In this document: in pieces, positions 55,184 through 64,000 of the stretch | How the letters are laid out: the number at the start of each line of letters is the position of its first letter | Numbering within the stretch: position 1 is the stretch's first letter | Assembly (NCBI GenBank): GCA_041738135.1 | Contig: JBGSQK010000071.1 | Location: forward strand, 9,818-73,817 | Direction: 5' to 3' | Source of the DNA: Alphaproteobacteria bacterium | GTDB taxonomy: Bacteria; Pseudomonadota; Alphaproteobacteria; JAGOMX01 | DNA length: 64,000 nucleotides | Notes under the pieces: model-generated | What the model was told of the DNA's origin: nothing | What the model saw: the letters and a program-made list of their open reading frames with translations, nothing else | Databases searched by the model: none | Made by a program: the position numbers and the translations under genes

Positions 55184-56695
55184 ATGGTTTACGGATTCAG
55201 ATACCTCATCGTCATCATTTCATTTGCTTATATTAATACATCGTATGCTAGCACATCACTGTTTGATGAGTATGTAATCCTTCAGCCTACGGTAGGCCCG
55301 GTTCTGGGTAAGCCAAACGATGTAACCGTTCGCATATGGTTGCGCGGCCCAGTTCTGCATGCAAATAGTCATAACAAATATTATGGAGCCGTGAGCATCA
55401 AAAATTCCAATAGTAGCGAATGGTCAGATCATCCGAGCTTATTTCCATTAAGTGTCTTTTATGACGAGGATAACTTCAAAGACAAAAAAGACTATATGGG
55501 ATTTATCGATCTTCCCATCCAACCAGGTGTATATGACTACAAAGCTGGATATTTTGGGGCAACGAAAGAACTGAGCTTACTATCAAAATTTCAATGGCCT
55601 GAACAATCTTATACTTTTAGAATTCGCGATCCAAACCAACACAATGCCTCACTAGCCTTCGGATCCTGTCGCTATTTTGCAAAGCTTTGGTGCTGGTATC
55701 CGTGGCTTGGAAAAAGCGATCGCATCTTTGAAAGCATCGTAAATAAGAAACTGAAAACCGATGCATTCGCAGTAATTGGTGACTATATCTATGGAGACTA
55801 TTTCAATTTTATTGGCCAAAGCAGAACTTATACAGACTTTATGGATCTATATGAAAAAGCCATGAATACACCTCATTTTAAGCAATTGCTTGCATCGGTA
55901 CCCTGCTTCACAGTCTTAGATGACCATGAAGTTTCCAATAACTTTGGTGCCACATATGCCACAGATAATCCTCAAGTCTTCCGATCAGGCATGGCCGCAT
56001 ATATGTCATACCAACACATGATCACCCCAGGCTATCAACCTAGCCCTGCCATAAATCACTTGGGCTACCCCATGCAGATTGGCGACGTTCCCGCATTCAT
56101 GATGAATACCCGATCAAACCGCTCAGCCAGCCCACCCAGAATCATAGCCCAGGAAGAAATGGATCTTGTTAAAAACTGGTTATCCTTCCATAAGGATAAC
56201 GATTTTAAGGTACTCTTTTCCAGCGTCCCCATGTTCCCTATTTATGCAAACAGCCCCGGCCAAGATGATGATAAATGGAAAGGATACCCCGACCAGATGA
56301 TGGAGCTCTTGGGACATATCAACGACAACGAAATTAGCGGCGTGGTTATCTGTGCAGGCGATATTCACAAGTCCTTATATTCTCAAATTGTCTCACCAAA
56401 AGGCATAGAAATTACAACTGTCATTGCTTCTCCCTTCTTTTCACCATGGGGCCATGATGAGGGGCCGTTGGGCGAACTCCAAACCGAAAAAGGCTTTGCA
56501 GAATTCATCCAAGGATACGAATATGTAAAATCCAGCCAAGTATATCATATGGATTCTTATGCGAGACTGAAGTTTGGACCACTGAACAAGCTTTCCATCA
56601 AACTCTATGATGCCAATGGTGAATGGATCAATAAAAATGATCCTGCAGGCCATGAACTTGTTTTATTGCCTTTCAATAACCTATCTACTGACTAG
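55184..56695 (+). CDS. PhoD-like metallophosphatase (alkaline phosphatase D family), secreted
   Basis: ATG at 55184 after AGGGAGA. Signal-like MVYGFRYLIVIISFAYINTSYA. FGSCRYF, VIGDYIYGDY, VLDDHEVSNNF, AGDIHKS. Confidence 0.75.
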   Translation: MVYGFRYLIVIISFAYINTSYASTSLFDEYVILQPTVGPVLGKPNDVTVRIWLRGPVLHANSHNKYYGAVSIKNSNSSEWSDHPSLFPLSVFYDEDNFKDKKDYMGFIDLPIQPGVYDYKAGYFGATKELSLLSKFQWPEQSYTFRIRDPNQHNASLAFGSCRYFAKLWCWYPWLGKSDRIFESIVNKKLKTDAFAVIGDYIYGDYFNFIGQSRTYTDFMDLYEKAMNTPHFKQLLASVPCFTVLDDHEVSNNFGATYATDNPQVFRSGMAAYMSYQHMITPGYQPSPAINHLGYPMQIGDVPAFMMNTRSNRSASPPRIIAQEEMDLVKNWLSFHKDNDFKVLFSSVPMFPIYANSPGQDDDKWKGYPDQMMELLGHINDNEISGVVICAGDIHKSLYSQIVSPKGIEITTVIASPFFSPWGHDEGPLGELQTEKGFAEFIQGYEYVKSSQVYHMDSYARLKFGPLNKLSIKLYDANGEWINKNDPAGHELVLLPFNNLSTD

Positions 56696-56806
56696 GCAAT
56701 ATTTTCCCACCACGTCCGGCAATAATTGCCGGATGTGGCACCTACCGCACACAACACCACACACCTCCACATCAACATACCACACATTTTCAACCTCTTA
56801 GCGTCT

Positions 56807-56822
56807 TGGCACATCTATTGCA
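56807..56822 (+). promoter_or_regulatory. sigma54 (-24/-12) promoter upstream of flagellin
   Basis: TGGCAC-ATCTA-TTGCA exactly matches TGGCAC-N5-TTGCW. 89 nt upstream of the flagellin ATG. Confidence 0.7.
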
Positions 56823-56910
56823 TATATATCACTGCATCTTGTGTATGCAAGGTGTGTGGTGTTCCAGGAAGGAACATTTTTATAAACGCAAAAAGCGAGG
56901 AGACTACACT

Positions 56911-58404
56911 ATGCCAGGTATTACAGGTTTAACCAACACAGCTGCAAACAGTATTTCTAATACGTTTGCAAAACAATCAGGTAAAGCAGCGGAAAGCACA
57001 GCAGTTATTGCAGGCGGTTCACGTCTGACAAAAGCATCTGTCGACGCTTCATCTCTTGCTCTTTCTGAAAAGCTACGTTCGAACATTGAAGTTCTAACAC
57101 AGGCTAACCGTAACGCAGCTCAGGGTGCGTCAGTGGTTCAGCTAGCAGTTGGTGCTCAGCAGAACATCTTGAATCTTCTGACTTCAATGAAGAGCTTGAC
57201 AACAAAGGCCAACGATGGTTCGCAAAACGCAGCTTCACGTGCGTTAATCGACGCCGAATTCCAGAAGTTACTTGCTCAGGTTGACAACATTGCTAACCAG
57301 GTCCGTTGGAATGGTTCTTCACTACTTTCAGGTGGTGCAGGCTCGGTATCTGTTGCAGCAGCAGCCGGTATCAGCGTTACAGGTATTGGCACTATCCCTG
57401 CAAACACATTTGCAGCAGCACCAGTAGATACTACTAACTCAACTGGCTTTATCTCCGGTACATTCACAGCTGCTACAGTTGTTGCGGAAGGCAACCTCTA
57501 TCAAGTCTCTGTAACAATGAACAACAATGCAAATGGAACAAATGCAAGCCAAACATTCAAGGGAACAGCTGTTGCTCCTGCAAACGATGGCAAACTTGTT
57601 CTGCAGAGCACAACAGATCCGAACAACGTACTTGTTCTGACCTATGCAGCAGCCATTACTGGTATCACCAACGCCGCCACATTCCAATCAGGTTTACAAG
57701 GCGCTTTGAATATCGGTGCTGGTCTACAAGGAACAACTGTAACTTCACTAGCAACTGCCCTAAACGGTGGTGTGAGCAGCGTTGCAGCAGCTTCAACTAC
57801 ACCAGCAGGTGCATATGGTTTGAGCTATAACGCAGTAAGCCAAGTTATGACATTGTCAAATGGAGCACAATCAAACGAAGTTACTTTGACAACAGCTGGT
57901 GCGCAGACTGTTTCGTTTGCTAACGGTGTAAGCGTTGCATTGGACTCAGGTTTTGCCTTGGGTGTAGCTGTTACTCAAGTATTGTTCAACGTTGCTGCTA
58001 GCAGTTCAGCTGTTGCTATGAACTTCCAGGTTGCTGAAAAGGCTACTGATACAATCACCATCAACATTGCAGGTTCTACAAGTGCAGTTTTGGGTCTTAC
58101 AGGCCAGAACGTGCTGAACCAGGCAAACGCTGTTACAGCTGGTGCCTTATTGGATTCAGCTGCTCAGACAATCAACAGCTCAATCGCATCTTTGGGTTCA
58201 CAACAGAAGCAGCTTGAAATCGCTTCTGACAACTTGAAGACAACTATTGAGAACAACGTGGCTGCTCGTGGCGTTTACAACGACGCGGACATTCCTGAAG
58301 AAATGGCAAAGCTAACTCAGGCAACTGTGTTCACACAATTGTCACAGGCTATGTTATCGCAAGCTATGGAACTACAAAAGGGTCTAGTTCAATTAGCTCG
58401 CTAA
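56911..58404 (+). CDS. fliC: flagellin
   Basis: ATG at 56911 after GAGGAG. Flagellin N-domain (LSEKLRSNIEVLTQANRNAAQGASVVQLAVGAQQNI) and C-domain (MAKLTQATVFTQLSQAMLSQAMELQKGLVQLAR). Central region is Ala/Thr/Gly-rich. Confidence 0.88.
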   Translation: MPGITGLTNTAANSISNTFAKQSGKAAESTAVIAGGSRLTKASVDASSLALSEKLRSNIEVLTQANRNAAQGASVVQLAVGAQQNILNLLTSMKSLTTKANDGSQNAASRALIDAEFQKLLAQVDNIANQVRWNGSSLLSGGAGSVSVAAAAGISVTGIGTIPANTFAAAPVDTTNSTGFISGTFTAATVVAEGNLYQVSVTMNNNANGTNASQTFKGTAVAPANDGKLVLQSTTDPNNVLVLTYAAAITGITNAATFQSGLQGALNIGAGLQGTTVTSLATALNGGVSSVAAASTTPAGAYGLSYNAVSQVMTLSNGAQSNEVTLTTAGAQTVSFANGVSVALDSGFALGVAVTQVLFNVAASSSAVAMNFQVAEKATDTITINIAGSTSAVLGLTGQNVLNQANAVTAGALLDSAAQTINSSIASLGSQQKQLEIASDNLKTTIENNVAARGVYNDADIPEEMAKLTQATVFTQLSQAMLSQAMELQKGLVQLAR

Positions 58405-58418
58405 TTTAGAATAAGTTA

Positions 58419-58444
58419 GGGGGCAGGCTCGCCCTGCCCCTTTT
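58419..58444 (+). terminator. rho-independent terminator of flagellin
   Basis: GGGGCAGG-CTCGC-CCTGCCCC followed by TTTT. Confidence 0.8.
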
Positions 58445-58469
58445 CTCAAATAAAGACTAGGAGGCTATA

Positions 58470-58733
58470 ATGAATCTAACTGAGATAGCACCCAACATAC
58501 CTCAGACTGGCAAACCAGTAACTAAAACTTTGCCTGAATTACCTGAGAATAAAACGGCCAATTTAAAGATACTAAACACATCAGACAATTCTATGCATCG
58601 CAAGAGTATATATACGGACCAAAAAGGCGTATTAATCTCTCAAACAACAGATTCTTCTGGCGACGTGGTTGCCATATATCCTACAAAAGAAGTTATTCGA
58701 CGTTATCATTCAATCATTGAACAAACAGGTTAA
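58470..58733 (+). CDS. flaG: FlaG-like flagellar protein
   Basis: 87 aa between fliC and fliD. The C-terminal DSSGDVVAIYPTKEVIRRY resembles the FlaG D..tGEVIRQIPpEE motif. Confidence 0.5.
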   Translation: MNLTEIAPNIPQTGKPVTKTLPELPENKTANLKILNTSDNSMHRKSIYTDQKGVLISQTTDSSGDVVAIYPTKEVIRRYHSIIEQTG

Positions 58734-58738
58734 ACAAT

Positions 58739-60541
58739 ATGTCAGTAGAAGCAGCTAATAACCTAGGATTATTCAGTAAATTAAAATTGAATGTGGATGA
58801 CAAAACCGGAAAACTAACCGGTGCCTCAGACGTATTTGCCGAAGCCATTGAAGAAACCTACAAAACCAACTTAAAAATTGCAGAACGTAAAGGGGCCGAA
58901 AAAGATACAGTGGACAAAAAGCTGGAAGCTTTATCCAACCTGCAAATGAAAGTGACCGAATTAAAGGCCATCTCAAAACTTCTATTTCACAGCGATGCTA
59001 TGGGAAGATGCGGCGTCTTTGCCAATATGTATGCCAATTATGCCACCGACACGGGTGTGTCCTATGACACCATCATGGATCCCATTAACATGGATGCCAG
59101 CTGCAGCCTGCAAGAATTTACACTGAAGGTATCACAAGTTGCCACCCATGATTTTACAAAGGCTACAGTTGGTGGAATTACAGATAAAACATCGAATCTT
59201 AATTGGACGGGAGATATTGTCATCAATGGTCAGACATTGGCCGTTACCTCAGGTATGTGTCTGAATGATGTGACCACATTGATAAACAGCGTCAGTGGCA
59301 CTACCAACGTCAAAGCCAACATCATTCAAGTGAGCGCCAATGATTTTCGGCTATCCTTACAAGCAACCACATTTGCAGCTCCCATTGCTATTTCCAATAA
59401 CATTGTAGGCGCAACCGCTGGCCAGATCCCCGCTACATCGGGAAATACCATTGATCAGTTATCTGCTAAATTCACCTTCGATGGCATCGACATGGTTCGT
59501 ACAACAAACACCATCAGTGATATCGTCACTGGATTAACCCTGGATTTGAAAAAAGCTGACCCAGCCACAACCATTTCAGTCAGCGTCAAGCCAGATACCG
59601 CCGAAACGAAAGAGGCCATTCGACTTTGGGTTAAGACTATAAATGACTTGATTGATGAAGTAGAAAAGAACAGAAAATACGACCCCGAAACCATGGCCGT
59701 ATCAGAAGACGCTATTTTATACGGCACGGACATTATTCAAACATTAGATTCCGCCATTAAAAATAATATGGCCCATTTAGTCACCGGCGTTGGGTCTGGC
59801 AACTATATGTTGTTGGAACAAATAGGCATATCCACCGATTTGCAAACGGGCAAAATGTCCATCGACGAACAAGTATTAGATGAATCCTTAAGGTCAAATT
59901 TTGACGGAGTCCGCAAGCTTTTCGAATACCAGAACGAAATTAGTAACACCAACTTCTTAGTGGGCGGCCATCCAGCCACTATACCAAGTAACATCATTAC
60001 CGATAGCGCCGGCGCTCAACTTACATCCACCGTTAGTTTAAACAGGGACGCGAGCGGCTTTTTGACAGCCACCATAACCATTAGCGGCGGTGATTATGCC
60101 GCCACCACGTTTACGGTACCGAGCGACAAGATAACCGTTAGCGCTGACGGTGATACAGTAAGCTTTCTAGGAGAAAATGCAGCCAACATAGGCGGCGTTA
60201 CCCCTTACAAAAGCTTCGAATTTGTATATGTGGGAGCCTCTATTATTCCCAACAGCGGTTCCGACTCCACCACCCTTAAATTCACCCAAGGCTATGCAGA
60301 TCGCATTGGCAAAAACCTAGACCGATTGCTTGATACAGCAAATGGTGAATTCGCAAGGCAAAAGACCATCTTTGCCGACAAGATCAAATCCATCGATGCA
60401 GCCGTTGAAAAAATCACCCAAAAAGCCGAAAAAGAAAAAGCCAAACTACAAAAAGACTTCGCCAGATTAGAAGCCTTCAGACAATCCCTAGCACCCATAC
60501 AAGGGTTGTTGGAAGCCATTATGGCATCTTCGAAGAAGTAA
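58739..60541 (+). CDS. fliD: flagellar filament cap protein FliD (hook-associated protein 2)
   Basis: 600 aa. Coiled-coil N- and C-terminal segments (C-terminus GYADRIGKNLDRLLD...FARLEAFRQSL). Located after fliC-flaG. Confidence 0.8.
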   Translation: MSVEAANNLGLFSKLKLNVDDKTGKLTGASDVFAEAIEETYKTNLKIAERKGAEKDTVDKKLEALSNLQMKVTELKAISKLLFHSDAMGRCGVFANMYANYATDTGVSYDTIMDPINMDASCSLQEFTLKVSQVATHDFTKATVGGITDKTSNLNWTGDIVINGQTLAVTSGMCLNDVTTLINSVSGTTNVKANIIQVSANDFRLSLQATTFAAPIAISNNIVGATAGQIPATSGNTIDQLSAKFTFDGIDMVRTTNTISDIVTGLTLDLKKADPATTISVSVKPDTAETKEAIRLWVKTINDLIDEVEKNRKYDPETMAVSEDAILYGTDIIQTLDSAIKNNMAHLVTGVGSGNYMLLEQIGISTDLQTGKMSIDEQVLDESLRSNFDGVRKLFEYQNEISNTNFLVGGHPATIPSNIITDSAGAQLTSTVSLNRDASGFLTATITISGGDYAATTFTVPSDKITVSADGDTVSFLGENAANIGGVTPYKSFEFVYVGASIIPNSGSDSTTLKFTQGYADRIGKNLDRLLDTANGEFARQKTIFADKIKSIDAAVEKITQKAEKEKAKLQKDFARLEAFRQSLAPIQGLLEAIMASSKK

Positions 60542-60814
60542 ATGCGGGGTAATTTAAATATAGTACTTGAACGCTAACGTTCCTCGATCACCCATATAAA
60601 AGGAGACTAAACTTCTCGAGCGCTTCATGTAAAGTAGCTGCAGGTGCTTTAGTGATTAGCTTTGCCTTTCTTACCTTCCAGTCTAATGACCGAATTTGGT
60701 CAGACAAAATCGCCCTCACCTTCCACTAATGCAAGGTTGTGGGATAGGGTGTATAAAATTTTAACAAGATTATTTGGCTTGGCAGGCGTCGATTTGCTCC
60801 GCAGTTACTACGTG

Positions 60815-61630
60815 CTAACCCAAAGTTAGGCAGCGCATCGAAATAGAGCCGTTATCAATACCTTCGTGGGTGAACTTGAGTTCATCTTTTTCGTCCGATG
60901 CACCCAGTGTATAGAGAAGAGGGTACCAGTGATCCCGACTGGGGATACTCATTCTTCCTGCCTGCGTAGCCTCGGCATCCTTAACAATAGCGTCGAAGTT
61001 TCTGTTTTCTAGCCTGTTTTTAACCCACTCATCAAATTCAATTGCCCAGTCATATGGTTTTGCAGATTCGGTTCGAATTAATACATCTAAATTATGTACT
61101 ATGTTACCACTGCCAATTATCAATACGCCTTGGGAGCGGAATTGTCTGAGAAGCTGCCCCAGCTCATAGTGATATTCGGGGGATTTAGACATATACAAGC
61201 TGAGCTGTAGCACAGGAATATCAGCTTCCGGATACATATGCCTCATGACGGCCCAGGTACCATGATCGATTCCCCACATATCATGGTCAAGGTGTATACG
61301 GGGGCCCTTGACAGACTCAATAATGTGCTTGGCCATTTCCGGATGCCCTGGGGAGGGGTACTGAATGTCAAACAACTCTTGTGGAAAACCAAAAAAGTCG
61401 TGGATCGTTCTGGGATGGTGTGTGCTGGTTATCCAGGCGCCTTCAGTCATCCAATGGGCTGATATACACAGGATCGTTTGAGGGCGAGGCAAATCTTTGC
61501 TCAACTGCACTAAACTTCTTGTGAATTCATTATCCCATAGAGCATTCATAGGGTTTCCGTGTCCGATAAAAACAACCGGAAGTCGATCTGATGATTTATT
61601 GTTTTCCAATTGTGAAAAATTACGTTCCAT
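60815..61630 (-). CDS. ygiD: 4,5-DOPA dioxygenase extradiol-like (LigB/YgiD family)
   Basis: PVVFIGHGNPMNAL, ISAHW, GIDHGTW, IGSGNIVHNL. Confidence 0.8.
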   Translation of the reverse strand: MERNFSQLENNKSSDRLPVVFIGHGNPMNALWDNEFTRSLVQLSKDLPRPQTILCISAHWMTEGAWITSTHHPRTIHDFFGFPQELFDIQYPSPGHPEMAKHIIESVKGPRIHLDHDMWGIDHGTWAVMRHMYPEADIPVLQLSLYMSKSPEYHYELGQLLRQFRSQGVLIIGSGNIVHNLDVLIRTESAKPYDWAIEFDEWVKNRLENRNFDAIVKDAEATQAGRMSIPSRDHWYPLLYTLGASDEKDELKFTHEGIDNGSISMRCLTLG

Positions 61631-61697
61631 GAGAAACCCCAATAGTTGAAGAGTCCCCTCCTATGTTACTCATGGGAGGGAATGTGGGCAAATGATA

Positions 61698-62102
61698 TTA
61701 ATCTGTGTGGCAACAAGCTTCCATATGCCACCCATCAGGATCTATAATGTAAGCAGAATAGTGACCGGGGTAACGCAGACCTGGACCGCCGTTATCCGTT
61801 CCGCCGCATTCCACACATGTTTTATGCCACTCATGAACACCTTCTTTGTTTGATGATCCAAAGCCGATGTGTAAGCCCTGCACAGAAGCGGATTGCTGAG
61901 GGATGGACTTATCTGAGGGGGTCTTCGACTTGAAAAGCCAGAACTCCACAGCAGGTTTATCTTTTCTCATATAACCTGAAGCAAAAACGTCATCAGTTTC
62001 TACATCTGCAACGCGTGAGTATCCAAGACACGCGAGAGACTTATCATAGAATTCACAGCTTTTCTTCAGGTCTGTAACAGGTATAGAAACGTGATCGGTC
62101 AT
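61698..62102 (-). CDS. VOC (glyoxalase/bleomycin-resistance) family protein
   Basis: 134 aa. MTDHVSIPVTDLKKSCEFYDKSLACLGY ... AYIIDPDGWHME. Confidence 0.7.
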   Translation of the reverse strand: MTDHVSIPVTDLKKSCEFYDKSLACLGYSRVADVETDDVFASGYMRKDKPAVEFWLFKSKTPSDKSIPQQSASVQGLHIGFGSSNKEGVHEWHKTCVECGGTDNGGPGLRYPGHYSAYIIDPDGWHMEACCHTD

Positions 62103-62267
62103 AGATATTCCCTTTCTCAGAAATTACGTCCATAAATCTATCAGCCGGAAATGTAAGTTCCTAGCTAATATGAAAACTATCATTTATGAGTAAACTTTCC
62201 GTTAAGATCAGAAATCTAGAAAATATGATAGTTCTTAAATAGTAATCGCAAATTCGTGAACTGGCCG

Positions 62268-63029
62268 TTATATGATCTTGAAGAATATTATCTTCACACA
62301 TTGATAGACCAAGTACACGAACAACACTATTTTGCTTGCATTGTAGATCGCCTTAGGTACTCCCATAAGCGTTTTTAGTGTCGCCTCCCCTTCCATCTGC
62401 TGAAGTCTCTTTATTTCCAGGGGATGATAGTCATACTGAGGATTGTTTGGATCTGCTATACGCTTTTGATGACGAGCACGCTCTTCTTCAACGATCTCAT
62501 CGATCTGCTTTATGGTGTCCTTTATAACTTCCTTCATTCTAGCGTCATCTGCATTAACTTCCGGTCGAGACTGATTGGCTATGCGTTGATGCATTAGTTT
62601 GTAGCCATCATACAATTGTTTGGCGCTTTCATCGGGCATTTCGAGAGCATAACTATAAGCTAACTTAAAATTATCTAAGCCTACCACGCTTAAGCTCAGT
62701 GTTTCATAGGCCATACCACGCAATTGTCGAAAACCGCACATCAGGATGTCATCTTTGAACCTTCTTTCGGCTTTGAAGACATCTTGCGCTGAGGGCACTC
62801 CACGTCTTGCCCCCTCTTGTCCTATGCGACGAAGTTCATCCTGGAAACTTAAAATATGTGTTCTCATAAATAGTCTATCTTGTTCCGTAGGCTCTATGAC
62901 CGCACGACCATTATTTTCGCTTGCGGAAACCCTTACACGATGACCTGGATCATCTGATCTTTCATCGGAAGCTTGGCCCACGCTAATTGTCAAAAAGGTG
63001 CCGAGTATAAATAAAGCAAATCGAGTCAT
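62268..63029 (-). CDS. secreted hypothetical protein with C-terminal TM anchor
   Basis: 253 aa. Signal peptide MTRFALFILGTFLTISVGQA. C-terminal IVLFVYLVYQCVKIIFF. Confidence 0.5.
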   Translation of the reverse strand: MTRFALFILGTFLTISVGQASDERSDDPGHRVRVSASENNGRAVIEPTEQDRLFMRTHILSFQDELRRIGQEGARRGVPSAQDVFKAERRFKDDILMCGFRQLRGMAYETLSLSVVGLDNFKLAYSYALEMPDESAKQLYDGYKLMHQRIANQSRPEVNADDARMKEVIKDTIKQIDEIVEEERARHQKRIADPNNPQYDYHPLEIKRLQQMEGEATLKTLMGVPKAIYNASKIVLFVYLVYQCVKIIFFKII

Positions 63030-63156
63030 GTCTTATTTCCTTTAATGAATTTCAATCGTTATAATCCAAATGCGCGTTTTGATCAACTATATTAGTTTAA
63101 CCTAGTGGACACAGTATATCTTCAGGATGCACCCCAGCTCATATCGTATAGACATG

Positions 63157-63900
63157 TCACAGGGACGAAGGATCTATTCCCCAGAAATTTAGTGTACGAT
63201 ACCAAGGCCACAGTACATGGAATAGTGGTTTAGTATAATAACCCAAAGGGTCAGAGGCCCAATGGAAAGTCAGATTCGGATGGCTAAACTGTAACTCTGA
63301 TAGCAAAGAATTCGTATGGTTTGAAAGACTTACAACGTCCTTAGATCCATTGTAGATTGCATTCACTGATGCCCACCAACGTCCCCGATAAAAGTCACAG
63401 GTTAACACTTGCGTTCCATTGGAAAAACAACGAATAAAAGCAAGGCAAGGCTCAGTTGTACGGCCTAAAGTTTCCATTCTCCGGTAACAAAATTCCAAAC
63501 AACTCTGACTTGCACCGTAGGTAGTGTAGACCAAAGGATTATAACACTCAGAAATCCATCCGAACAATTGACTTGTCCAGCCAGCTGCCTTAGAGGGCAC
63601 TTCGATTGCCACCTGAAAGAGAGTCGATGAGTTCACAAAAAAGAAAGGCGCGCGTGCAGCTAAGGTGGTATTTATAACCGCCGCCGGGTCACATGGCAAT
63701 GCTGTTATAGAGGTAGTGACATCCGGCATAATACCGTAGTAGTATGCGACTCCCGCAACAGCAAGAACGCCAGCAGCTACAAGGGGGCGATTGTATTGAG
63801 ACTCATTAGTAAGATCAGATGCTTTGCTAGGGGATGCGAGACACGAGAGTGTCAAAGCGACACTATAGAAATATCTTAGCTTTGTTTTGAATTTTGACAT
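63157..63900 (-). CDS. Cys/Trp-rich hypothetical membrane/secreted protein
   Basis: 247 aa. Signal peptide, second hydrophobic segment LVAAGVLAVAGVAYYYGI, 7 Cys in the mature part, 7 N-x-S/T sequons. Confidence 0.5.
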   Translation of the reverse strand: MSKFKTKLRYFYSVALTLSCLASPSKASDLTNESQYNRPLVAAGVLAVAGVAYYYGIMPDVTTSITALPCDPAAVINTTLAARAPFFFVNSSTLFQVAIEVPSKAAGWTSQLFGWISECYNPLVYTTYGASQSCLEFCYRRMETLGRTTEPCLAFIRCFSNGTQVLTCDFYRGRWWASVNAIYNGSKDVVSLSNHTNSLLSELQFSHPNLTFHWASDPLGYYTKPLFHVLWPWYRTLNFWGIDPSSL

Positions 63901-64000
63901 TGAAGGCGCCTATATAATTGATAACATTCTATTTATAGATGATAGGCGAGCGAAGGTCAATTGCGCCACTTCGCGCTAACCTGGCTTATTTGAATTTGCA

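Noticed and set aside
56736-56741. Second TGGCAC hexamer upstream of the flagellin sigma54 promoter
   Set aside because: The -12 position reads GCAC rather than TTGC after the 5-nt spacer, so it is not a credible second promoter.
12701-56911. N-terminally extended starts given by the ORF track (thiL 13816, pntB 17148, fliQ 25700, rplU 25762, def 28679, hemB 53055, phoD-like 54992, fliC 56806)
   Set aside because: The extensions overlap upstream genes or repeats, lack RBSs and add non-homologous residues. Internal ATGs with Shine-Dalgarno-like sequences match the conserved protein N-termini.
60542-60814. Expected fliS, or an IS/transposase remnant, in the 273-nt gap after fliD
   Set aside because: All six frames are broken by stops within about 30 codons. 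The short translations (e.g. ..LVEGEGDFV*) match nothing I recognise. I left the gap unannotated.

Overview
This 64-kb chromosomal window looks like an alphaproteobacterial intracellular (amoeba-associated, Holosporales/Rickettsiales-like) symbiont. That assignment is an inference from gene content, not a database hit. The housekeeping backbone is clear: rpsT-dnaA, nusB-thiL, pntAA-pntAB-pntB, rplU-rpmA, an rpmG missing from the ORF track, def, sucA-sucB-lpdA, sucC-sucD, rnr, mipZ, hemB, tRNA-Arg(CCG), a tandem cold-shock protein and a GlpT/UhpC-type organophosphate transporter. Flagellar genes are scattered over at least three loci: flhB-fliR-fliQ, fliC-flaG-fliD with a perfect sigma54 promoter, and a possible fliL-like gene. 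Between these blocks lie many orphan genes whose products carry Sec signal peptides or lipoboxes. Several have eukaryote-like features: two F-box-like proteins, two RNI/FBXL-type LRR proteins, and two tandem lipoprotein paralogs with repeated MIU-like (Rabex-5/RNF168-type) ubiquitin-binding motifs. Intergenic DNA holds at least five families of 115-240 bp palindromic MITE/REP-like elements. Four families have GTCAT...ATGAC termini, and one locus is a nested, about 390-bp compound palindrome. Other points are a conserved 18-bp palindrome in front of each of three tandem DUF378 genes, a signal-peptide-bearing phosphoribosyltransferase, an AT-rich TagB/TagF-like gene, a frameshifted gene, an ABC-permease remnant, and an L21 with a histone-H1-like tail. 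No CRISPR array, transposase, prophage or recognisable defence system was seen. All calls come from reading the translations and sequence by eye. Repeat and terminator coordinates are good to a few nt, and no similarity search or statistics were run.
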